Assembly (NCBI GenBank): GCA_965228855.1
Contig: CBDDIJ010000005.1
Location: 960,001-1,024,000, forward strand
Source of the DNA: Candidatus Obscuribacterales bacterium
GTDB taxonomy: Bacteria > Cyanobacteriota > Vampirovibrionia > Obscuribacterales > Obscuribacteraceae
Direction of reading: 5' to 3'
DNA: 64,000 bases
The translations under genes and the position numbers were made by a program. The notes beneath the pieces were generated by a model. The model was not told where the DNA came from. It was given only the letters and a program-made list of their open reading frames with translations, and did no database searches. The stretch's first letter is position 1, and the number at the start of each line of letters is the position of its first letter. Positions 19,234-26,887 of the stretch are shown here, in pieces.

Positions 19234-19530
19234 TCATTCGTAGATTACGTTTGTGGTCTTACCATTCACGATGGTATAGATACGTCCATGACCGCGTCCA
19301 GATGGGTAGATTAAGACTTCGTCTACATTTTGGTATTCAGGTTCTTTCCAATCTCGAATTGTGCCCTTGCTATATTCGAAGCCAATGCCATATTTGAATT
19401 GTAATTCTTCCCTTGAAATTCCTACTTCTGGATCGGGCCGAACAGCGCCAGAGATATACGCGGACGGAGTTCCACACAAGAGAAAACCCGCGGCAAAGGA
19501 TAGCAGTGATACTGTGATTTCGATTCTCAT
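19234..19530 (-). CDS. small membrane/secreted hypothetical protein
   Basis: GGGAGG SD before the ATG at 19530, with a hydrophobic N-terminus. Confidence 0.55.
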   Translation of the reverse strand: MRIEITVSLLSFAAGFLLCGTPSAYISGAVRPDPEVGISREELQFKYGIGFEYSKGTIRDWKEPEYQNVDEVLIYPSGRGHGRIYTIVNGKTTNVIYE

Positions 19531-19881
19531 GTCACAATACGCCTCCCTCTCTGTTACAGCGTAGAGCGGAGAGTCAAACGTCGTCAAGTAGATAAAGCCA
19601 AACAACGCTTCCTATTTCAGCTTTTTCCAGACTCCCAATCCTCGCATCATGAAGGCGAAATGGGGTACAGGGCGCCCGATTGTGCGGGCGCCCTGCGAGG
19701 GGTGGAGTTAAGCGTTCTGAGTGGCTCGTTTCGCTCTCATGCTTTTCTCTACAGACCTCAGGAAAAAATTAGGGCGGTCGACGAAAGATTGTAATTAGTG
19801 CTGGGTGCGCGGTTGCCGACTTATCTCAGCTGTGAATCATCTGAGTGGCTGCGCCCTCACCACGGACAAGCGCTTTAGCGG

Positions 19882-20922
19882 CTACGGAGAGGAAGGCGTA
19901 GAAATCTTCGCGGGGTCGTGGGTGTCCAACAACTTGTAAAAAGCTTCGCGCTCTTCATAAGTCCACGAGTACATACACGATTTCGCACCAAGTAAAACGG
20001 CGTAGGCATTGAATTTTTGCTTCAGCTTGTCATAAGCATCTACGAGTTTGAAGACAACCGCTGGGCTCCTTGATTGAGAGAAATGGAGTAACATCCTGAG
20101 ATTCTCAATTTCCCCTTCAAGGTCCCCATTTTCATCGCAGACCGCAGCCTTTACAAGATACATAGCGGGGTCGGTTTTGGGGACCAAGTGTTCCACTTTA
20201 GTCAGGACTTCGCCCGCTCGAGCCAGATCACCAGTCTGATTTCGGTTCAACAAACATATAGCAAGATTATTGTACGAAGACGTGTAAGTTGGGTGGCTGG
20301 CAATCGCTTTCTCATAGCGTGAGATAGCGCGATCTGTTTTACCCGTAAGTTGGGCTTTGAGAGCTTCGGTAAAGTCGCGTGGAACTTCCTTCGCTCTCGC
20401 CTTTACAGCCTTTCTAAGCGCGATGTGATCAAGTCCAACTTTGAGGTTGATCTTATAATCCGCTTTGAATTCTCCACCCAACTCTACAGTTCCTGTGGTG
20501 ACAGGCGGGTTCGGCACCGCAGATAGTGGCGTGTCTGTCAGTCCGCTCCCCGCGGGAGTTCTGTCAAGATTCGCATCCGCGCCATACGCTTTCCCGAAAG
20601 ACGCAAACAAAAATCCTATGGCGATGCTCGCGACTTTCGCAATTCGCCGAAGTCTCTCGCGAGCTTTCCGAAGCCCGACTGGGCAATCATCAGTTATTAC
20701 GGTGCCATCGTGGCGTCGACAAATTCGCATGCACTTCGTCAGTCCATGCTCTTGCAAAAATGCGTTCGCTTCACGACGAGTCATATCAGAGATGTTGTAG
20801 ACGTTCTTTTCGCAGCCGCCGCAAAAACGCACACGTTCGTCACCGTCCATCTTTTCCCAGTCTTTGGTGCATGGAGTGGCGAGTCTGAGAGAATCTAAAA
20901 TCGAGTTGTTCTTCGCGGTCAT
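19882..20922 (-). CDS. Cys-rich N-domain + TM + TPR protein
   Basis: PC..W..M.G....RFC..C.K.VYN.S.M motif, then a TM helix and TPRs. Likely start at ATG 20922. Confidence 0.75.
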   Translation of the reverse strand: MTAKNNSILDSLRLATPCTKDWEKMDGDERVRFCGGCEKNVYNISDMTRREANAFLQEHGLTKCMRICRRHDGTVITDDCPVGLRKARERLRRIAKVASIAIGFLFASFGKAYGADANLDRTPAGSGLTDTPLSAVPNPPVTTGTVELGGEFKADYKINLKVGLDHIALRKAVKARAKEVPRDFTEALKAQLTGKTDRAISRYEKAIASHPTYTSSYNNLAICLLNRNQTGDLARAGEVLTKVEHLVPKTDPAMYLVKAAVCDENGDLEGEIENLRMLLHFSQSRSPAVVFKLVDAYDKLKQKFNAYAVLLGAKSCMYSWTYEEREAFYKLLDTHDPAKISTPSSP

Positions 20923-21059
20923 CGTTAGGAGCTCATGACAGAAGCTTCCGATTATCCAACACGATTCGCGTTTTGGAATCACCCATTCCGGCTGTTTCAC
21001 TTTGAAATTCGCTCATAGAGCCGAAAACGCAGTGGCCGCGTCAGACCCCCAAATGGACC

Positions 21060-21085
21060 AAAAACCCCCCTTACGGGAGGTCTCT
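21060..21085 (-). terminator. intrinsic terminator of pilin-like copy A
   Basis: Minus strand GACCTCCC-GTAA-GGGGGGTTTTT. Confidence 0.8.
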
Positions 21086-21112
21086 GGCTGGCGTTGGCGG
21101 GGGAAAACTGTG

Positions 21113-21631
21113 TTAGCTGAACAGGTTGGCGTCGCGAGCCGATGCTACGAGCCAGTTGATGCAACCGGGTGTTGCCAAACCACCGGTGACACCAGCTGCG
21201 CCGAAGAGAACTTTCTTCATTGCATCGTGCGAACCAGCAGCCATGTGCATGAAGCCCATGATCATGGTAGGACCGCCCCAGGCGATGCCGAGGATTTCCA
21301 TACCGTTTGCGATGATGTTGAGCAAGGCTTCCAAGTTAGCCAAGTTGTTGACACGGACTGTTCCTGCGGTGTTGACGCCCATAATGGATGTCGCGTCGCC
21401 GCCTTGCGGTCCAATCGTACCGTTGGTGGCACCTTGAAGAATTGGTGCTGTGCCTTGTTGAATTTGTTCGGTCTGTGCGCCGGTGTTGTAGTAGGTGTTG
21501 TTTCCACCTTGTACTTCACCCATCGAGCCTTGCGATGAGAAAGCATCTCCGAACGATTGTGCAAATGCTGGTGTGGAGAGACCGACTAGTAATGCTGCTG
21601 CGACGGCCATGCGTGTGAAAGTCTTATGCAT
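21113..21631 (-). CDS. secreted VirB2/TrbC-type pilin-like protein, copy A
   Basis: Sec signal (..PAFA|QS), G/Q/N-rich linker, then two hydrophobic helices around GSHDAMKK. GGAG SD. Confidence 0.7.
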   Translation of the reverse strand: MHKTFTRMAVAAALLVGLSTPAFAQSFGDAFSSQGSMGEVQGGNNTYYNTGAQTEQIQQGTAPILQGATNGTIGPQGGDATSIMGVNTAGTVRVNNLANLEALLNIIANGMEILGIAWGGPTMIMGFMHMAAGSHDAMKKVLFGAAGVTGGLATPGCINWLVASARDANLFS

Positions 21632-21711
21632 AGAGTTATCTCCGGCAAATTCGTTTTAGTAATTTAGTAAGTGGTTTTGAAAAAAATCGAACAGGAAGTT
21701 GTTCGGTTTAT

Positions 21712-21740
21712 AGAGTAAGGGCAACGAAGGTTGAAGTCAA
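21712..21740 (-). promoter_or_regulatory. sigma70 promoter, copy A
   Basis: TTGACT-N17-TACTCT. Confidence 0.7.
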
Positions 21741-21749
21741 GTGCAAAAT

Positions 21750-21770
21750 TGTTATCCGCAATACATTTTT
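21750..21770. promoter_or_regulatory. CRP/NtcA-like box TGTT-N8-TACA, copy A
   Basis: Same offset from the -10 element as the TGTA-N8-TACA box of copy D, and shares AATACATTTTT with it. Confidence 0.5.
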
Positions 21771-22051
21771 GGTCGTTCTTGACTTCATTCTTTCAAATAA
21801 TTTCGATCCTTCGAAGAACGGCTTGTTTCCAGGGCTGTGCCCTCTGTTCAGAGTCTGTAAGACGAACATTTATAGGTCGAGACTAGGACTTCCTACTGAT
21901 TGTTCGCTTTTTAGGTTCAAAACCGATTCTAGCGACCTCTCGCCCGTACTAGAAACAGAATCTGAACACCACCCGTAGTTCACATAAACCTCGACACACA
22001 TACCAAGGCTTGCGCCTAAACCTCGCTTGCCAGCCGACTTTTAGCCCATAG

Positions 22052-22078
22052 AAAAGGGAGAGACTGCCGTCTCTCCCC
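22052..22078 (-). terminator. intrinsic terminator, copy B
   Basis: Minus strand GGGAGAGAC-GGCA-GTCTCTCCC-TTTT. Confidence 0.85.
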
Positions 22079-22106
22079 GTCCTGTTCAATAACGTTTCTA
22101 GTGATA

Positions 22107-22628
22107 CTAGCTGAAGAGGTTTGCGTCGCGTGCCGATGCAACGAGCCAGTTGATGCAACCAGGTGTTGCCAAACCGCCTGTGACACCAGCAGCTCCAAAC
22201 AGAACCTTTTTCATCGCATCATGCGAGCCGGCAGCCATGTGCATGAAGCCCATGATCATTGTTGGTCCACCCCATGCAATGCCGAGGATTTCCATACCGT
22301 TTGCGATGATGTTCAGCAAAGCTTCCAAGTTAGCCAGGTTGTTGACGCGAACTGTTCCTGCAGTGTTGACGCCCATGATGGATGTCGCATCTCCGCCTTG
22401 CGGTCCGATTGTACCGTTGGTTGCGCCTTGCAGCATTGGTGCTGCACCGGCATTGATCTGCTCGGTTTGTGCGCCGGTGTTGTAGTAGGTGTTGTTGCCA
22501 CCTTGTACTTCACCCATTTGTCCTTGCGAGGAGAAAGCGTCTCCGAACGATTGTGCGAAAGCTGGTGTTGCGAGTCCGAACATAACAGCTGCCATCACCG
22601 TGATTTGAGCAAACTTGTTTGTACGCAT
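22107..22628 (-). CDS. pilin-like protein, copy B
   Basis: Mature region differs from copy A at 5 residues. GGAGGG SD. Confidence 0.7.
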   Translation of the reverse strand: MRTNKFAQITVMAAVMFGLATPAFAQSFGDAFSSQGQMGEVQGGNNTYYNTGAQTEQINAGAAPMLQGATNGTIGPQGGDATSIMGVNTAGTVRVNNLANLEALLNIIANGMEILGIAWGGPTMIMGFMHMAAGSHDAMKKVLFGAAGVTGGLATPGCINWLVASARDANLFS

Positions 22629-22715
22629 AATGAGACCCTCCCGGGCATTCGAATTTATTCGAGTTGATAGTAAAGACGTTTAAAAGAAACCAGCGCTAAA
22701 AGTGCGCAGGTAGTC

Positions 22716-22744
22716 AGTATAATGACATCGCCATCAGCGGTCAA
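22716..22744 (-). promoter_or_regulatory. sigma70 promoter, copy B
   Basis: TTGACC-N17-TATACT. Confidence 0.7.
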
Positions 22745-23127
22745 TTAACGCATTCACATAAACCCGCTAAATCATGCGGTTTTTCCCACTTAAGGCGACT
22801 GCATGAAACCTTAAATCTGAGGATTCTAGCCGATTTCAGCAAAAACAGAATTGCAAGATGCCCAATTGACAGGCTTTTGCAGCATTTCATTTTAGCGAAA
22901 CACAGCCAATTTTTCAGGACTTGGAACGAAGATATTTTGAACTCAAATCGCTTCTGTTGTGATCAAATGTTTCGAAAACCTTTTTGCTGGTCCACTCGCA
23001 AATGACTGTTCATGCCGATTTGCTCAAGTCACACTTGCTTTTGAATGCGGTCACTCGAATCAAAAACATTTCCATGTCCCTCGAAGAGGCACTGAGAATG
23101 AGCGTTTGAAAGTAAGTACGCAAAGCA

Positions 23128-23156
23128 GAAGGGGGAGGTCAAAGCCTCCCCCTTTC
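23128..23156 (-). terminator. intrinsic terminator, copy C
   Basis: AAGGGGGAGG/CCTCCCCCTT hairpin with T-rich flanks. Confidence 0.8.
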
Positions 23157-23180
23157 AAACTTTTTGAAACCGTTAGCGTG

Positions 23181-23696
23181 TTAGCTGAACAGGTTGGCGT
23201 CGCGAGCCGATGCTACGAGCCAGTTGATGCAACCAGGTGTTGCCAATCCACCGGTGACGCCCGCTGCTCCGAAGAGTACTTTCTTCATCGCGTCATGCGA
23301 ACCAGCAGCCATGTGCATGAAGCCCATGATCATGGTCGGTCCACCCCAGGCGATACCGAGGATTTCCATACCGTTTGCGATGATGTTGAGCAAGGCTTCC
23401 AAGTTAGCCAAGTTGTTGACGCGGACTGTTCCTGCGGTGTTGACGCCCATGATGGATGTCGCATCTCCGCCTTGCGGTCCAATCGTACCGTTGGTGGCAC
23501 CTTGAAGAATCGGTGCTGTGCCTTGTTGAATTTGTTCGGTTTGAGCGCCGGTGTTGTAGTAGCTGTTGTTTCCACCTTGTACTTCACCCATCGAGCCTTG
23601 CGACGAGAACGCATCGCCGAACGATTGCGCTTGTGCTGGTGCGCTGGTGAGACCGATCAAGAGTGCTGCGGCAACGATAATTTTAGTAATACGCAT
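23181..23696 (-). CDS. pilin-like protein, copy C
   Basis: GGAGG SD before the ATG at 23696. Mature region differs from copy A at 1 residue. Confidence 0.7.
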   Translation of the reverse strand: MRITKIIVAAALLIGLTSAPAQAQSFGDAFSSQGSMGEVQGGNNSYYNTGAQTEQIQQGTAPILQGATNGTIGPQGGDATSIMGVNTAGTVRVNNLANLEALLNIIANGMEILGIAWGGPTMIMGFMHMAAGSHDAMKKVLFGAAGVTGGLATPGCINWLVASARDANLFS

Positions 23697-23795
23697 AGGG
23701 TGAAAACCTCCACGGCAGACATGCAAGTGCGATTCGGAAAAGAGAAGAATTAGCTAGTAAGTTGATGTAGCTAGTAAGTCGTTTCAAGCATGTCA

Positions 23796-23824
23796 AGTGT
23801 AAGCGAACCCCAAAAGGAAGTCAA
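23796..23824 (-). promoter_or_regulatory. sigma70 promoter, copy C
   Basis: TTGACT-N17-TACACT. Confidence 0.7.
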
Positions 23825-23979
23825 GCACTTATTTTCAGGACTTTTCCATGTCACAAAAATTCCACGAAAAAGTCACAACCGCCAGGTTGATGGGTGGAAC
23901 AACGTTTCAGGGATCGCTCACTGTTCCAGTCGAGCAAAATTGAATGGTGGCAATGTGATACCGCTCGATTTAATGAAAA

Positions 23980-24173
23980 CTCGATGCATGATACGAGCAC
24001 TTTCGCCTAACAGATCACTTTCCGGACGGGGTAGTTACGTTCAACCAGTGCGTGCGTCCCATGATGCATGCACTGCATCTTACGTCTGTTCCTTCCGATG
24101 CGTTCAACGAATTCACCCTCATTTATATGGATGGACTCGCAGATGTGGTTTCTCAACATCTGTCACGCACGAG
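23980..24173 (+). ncRNA. ~194-nt rod-like structured RNA candidate (6S-like size and shape)
   Basis: Ends pair (ctcg-a-tgcatgata / tgtcacgca-cgag). There is a 13-bp apical stem cagtgcgtgcgtc/gatgcatgcactg and a side hairpin cagatgt/acatctg. Confidence 0.3.
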
Positions 24174-24208
24174 ACATATAAAGGTAAGCCGGTCTACAAA
24201 GCACACCT

Positions 24209-24232
24209 AAAAGGAGGGGCTTGCGCCCCTCC
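24209..24232 (-). terminator. intrinsic terminator, copy D
   Basis: Minus strand GGAGGGGC-GCAA-GCCCCTCC-TTTT. Confidence 0.85.
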
Positions 24233-24269
24233 CGAAAGTTTTCTCTATACCGAAGTCTGCTTGAGTGAC

Positions 24270-24788
24270 TTAGCTGAAGAGGTTGGCATCGCGAGCCGAT
24301 GCTACGAGCCAGTTGATGCAACCAGGTGTTGCCAATCCACCGGTGACGCCAGCTGCTCCGAAGAGTACTTTCTTCATTGCATCGTGCGAACCAGCAGCCA
24401 TGTGCATGAAGCCCATGATCATTGTCGGTCCACCCCAAGCGATACCGAGGATTTCCATACCGTTTGCGATGATGTTCAGCAAAGCTTCCAAGTTAGCCAA
24501 GTTGTTGACACGGACTGTACCTGCGGTGTTGACGCCCATGATGGAAGTCGCATCTCCGCCTTGTGGTCCTATCGTACCGTTGGTAGCACCTTGAAGAATT
24601 GGCGCTGTGCCTTGTTGAATTTGTTCGGTTTGTGCTCCGGTGTTGTAGTAGGTGTTGTTTCCACCTTGTACTTCACCCATTGAACCTTGCGAGGAGAAAG
24701 CATCTCCGAAAGATTGTGCGTAAGCCGGTGCTCCGGTAACTCCGAGGACGACAGCAGCGGCGACGAGCATTTTAGTAAAGTGACGCAT
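24270..24788 (-). CDS. pilin-like protein, copy D
   Basis: AGGAGG SD before the ATG at 24788. Mature protein is identical to copy A. Confidence 0.7.
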   Translation of the reverse strand: MRHFTKMLVAAAVVLGVTGAPAYAQSFGDAFSSQGSMGEVQGGNNTYYNTGAQTEQIQQGTAPILQGATNGTIGPQGGDATSIMGVNTAGTVRVNNLANLEALLNIIANGMEILGIAWGGPTMIMGFMHMAAGSHDAMKKVLFGAAGVTGGLATPGCINWLVASARDANLFS

Positions 24789-24892
24789 AAGTGAACCTCC
24801 TGCCAAATGGCAAGTGTTAGGTATGTAGTAAATAGTAAGTTCGGACAACCGGTCGCGAAAAGTGCAACCGTCTCGAAAAGTTCGATGGAATT

Positions 24893-24921
24893 AGAGTACG
24901 TTAAGAAACACCCCGAGTCAA
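24893..24921 (-). promoter_or_regulatory. sigma70 promoter, copy D
   Basis: TTGACT-N17-TACTCT. Confidence 0.7.
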
Positions 24922-24930
24922 CATCATTTT

Positions 24931-24951
24931 TGTAGCCTAGAATACATTTTT
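24931..24951. promoter_or_regulatory. CRP/NtcA-like box TGTA-N8-TACA, copy D
   Basis: tgta-gcctagaa-taca matches GTA-N8-TAC. Confidence 0.5.
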
Positions 24952-25109
24952 CAAAGTTTTCTTTATAATCACCGTCGAATAAACGTTTTCGCCCGCCAGG
25001 TCACATCAGGCAAACGCGCTATCCATGCCATTCTCCACGGAGCGATCAAAACAGCGAAGTCAAGCACAAATATGTACTTCAGGGGAGGAGGCGACGACCG
25101 ATGACAGTA

Positions 25110-25295
25110 CCAGATTGGACCTCTTAGGGTTGCCTCTAGTATTTCTAGACGCCAGCTATCCCTGTTTTTCGAGGATTCATTCCCAAGATATCCTCGCTCA
25201 GTGATTGAACGCAGCGCTATGAGGCACTTTCAGAATTTTGCGCTTCCACAAATCGAATCTAGCCCTTGTAGAAGCAAACCTAAGAGGTTAACTGG
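25110..25295. repeat. foldback element of the CTTAGG..TCTA / TAGA..CCTAAG family
   Basis: acctcttagg (25119-25128) and cctaagaggt (25279-25288) are perfectly complementary, with inner ttgc/gcaa and tcta/taga pairs. Confidence 0.55.
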
Positions 25296-25365
25296 AGACC
25301 TGTGTGGTCTCGAAGCAAAGGCCTTGATGCAGAGGGCTCGGTTGTGATGCGCCGGGTACGTCAGT

Positions 25366-26604
25366 CTACGTATGTGCCAGCACCCGAGCCACGCGCTGAT
25401 TGCTAGTCATCAAAGTCTCGAAGGTGGCTGCCGCCATGCCGTCCAGTGCTGTTTCGCCCAGGCGTTTCTCAAGGGAGCGCACCGCCGCTGCGACGTCGAG
25501 GTAACTTACCTGCTCTACGCCACGCATTTTTGCGATCGCTTTCGATTGAAGTTTAACGAGACCGTAAACAATAGCGAGATGGTTGAAGCCAGTAACGAGC
25601 GACAATTGACCCAAACCGGCACCAAAATAATGCTTTCCAAAAATGCGAGAAAAGAAATACCTATATATAAGATCTTCGACTTCCTTGTCGTCGTTGGACG
25701 GAAAGGGCATGCGTTCTAGTTCTTCAAAGCCGTAGCTCTTTCCTGGAACTCGAATTTTGATGCCGCCCATCAAACCACCAAAGCAGCATTGATACAAAAA
25801 CCGATAAAAGTTGAAGTCACTCTCACCGCGACCGAGCTGCTGAACCGGGAAATAGATTTTGTGCAAAGCGACCAACAATTGTCTGTCGAGTCCTTTCAAT
25901 GCGCCGGCGCCTTCCAGTTTTGCAACAACAGGCGCGACTCCCGTGCCGCGAGCCTCTGAAACAGCCACTTTCAGATAGTTAGCACCATTCACGAAACGCT
26001 GGTCCATCGAGATGCTTCTATCCTTTATATAGGAAAGCAACTTTTCCTCGTGACCGAGATATTGCTCCCATGTCATCGGAATCCCTGTCGACAACTGGAT
26101 CTGCGACCAGTTTGGTTCATGATCGGGATACATCGACTTGAACTCGGCCAGTTTACTTTCAAGATAATCTCGCTGTTCGACGAGCGCTCTACCGGAGTTG
26201 TTTACGGCTGCCATGCTGTAGAAGCTGATGGTTGCGTAGGTTCCGCTGGGCGTCTTATTGAATGAGTAGGGAAACAGCTGGCAGATTGAAGGTTTTGTTT
26301 TCGATTCGAACGTGCTGTGGATAAAACATAAATTGTTGACCAGGAAGGGGCAGTGTCCATCAGCACCTTCTTTAATTGCATGAGTGTATGGCGAGTTGGC
26401 ACTCTCGTAATCCTTCATCTCACGGAACAAGCTCTTGCCGAAAAACTTTTCCGGAAATTTGCCGGCCCAATCGATATCCGAGATGCGGAAATAATCTTCT
26501 TCCGTAAGCGGAACGGACCAACCGCCGCAGCACTTGCCGCATCCGGTACATTCGTAATTCAATCCTTCCGGGATATGTAACTTATCGGAAGCTCCCGTTG
26601 TCAT
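25366..26604 (-). CDS. YkgJ/FliB-like CxxCxxCC Fe-S or zinc cluster protein
   Basis: CTGCGKCC, CPFL..NLCFIH and KPSICQLFP motifs. GGAGGA SD before the ATG at 26604. Confidence 0.8.
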   Translation of the reverse strand: MTTGASDKLHIPEGLNYECTGCGKCCGGWSVPLTEEDYFRISDIDWAGKFPEKFFGKSLFREMKDYESANSPYTHAIKEGADGHCPFLVNNLCFIHSTFESKTKPSICQLFPYSFNKTPSGTYATISFYSMAAVNNSGRALVEQRDYLESKLAEFKSMYPDHEPNWSQIQLSTGIPMTWEQYLGHEEKLLSYIKDRSISMDQRFVNGANYLKVAVSEARGTGVAPVVAKLEGAGALKGLDRQLLVALHKIYFPVQQLGRGESDFNFYRFLYQCCFGGLMGGIKIRVPGKSYGFEELERMPFPSNDDKEVEDLIYRYFFSRIFGKHYFGAGLGQLSLVTGFNHLAIVYGLVKLQSKAIAKMRGVEQVSYLDVAAAVRSLEKRLGETALDGMAAATFETLMTSNQRVARVLAHT

Positions 26605-26681
26605 AAGTCCTCCAGGGACATCTACCACTTTATGCTTACCCAGAATGCATGTTTTGCCTTCGGTGCGCAAACTGTGACTGA

Positions 26682-26774
26682 GAACGTTGCACGATAGGGT
26701 TGGCATGCGGACGCCGGCTGTGAACGTTCCACGGTCGGGTTGGCATGCGGACGCTGGCTGTGAACGTTGGCATG
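26682..26774. repeat. 40-bp intergenic tandem repeat, about 2.3 copies
   Basis: gaacgtt..acg...gggttggcatgcggacgcYggctgt at 26682 and 26722, with a partial copy at 26762. Confidence 0.85.
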
Positions 26775-26887
26775 TCGACGAAAGCGTTTCGGATTTCGGC
26801 AAAGAACTGTAATTGTATTCTTGCGCGCAAGGGGCTTTTCGATGAGCCGGTGATAATATAGGCAAAACTTATGGGGGACCAACACTC

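Noticed and set aside
21002..24683. Repeated plus-strand ORFs antisense to the pilin-like genes
   Set aside because: These are shadow frames that recur only because the minus-strand genes are near-identical. Promoters, SDs and terminators all serve the minus strand.
21113..24788. Assembly artefact, diversity-generating retroelement or silent-cassette antigenic variation
   Set aside because: Copies differ mainly at synonymous sites and have unique flanks. There is no reverse transcriptase or recombinase nearby, and each copy has full expression signals.
26605..26865. N-terminal extension of the YkgJ-like ORF, or a CRISPR-like repeat
   Set aside because: A strong SD and ATG lie at 26604. The extension is only the translated 40-bp tandem repeat, which has no spacers.
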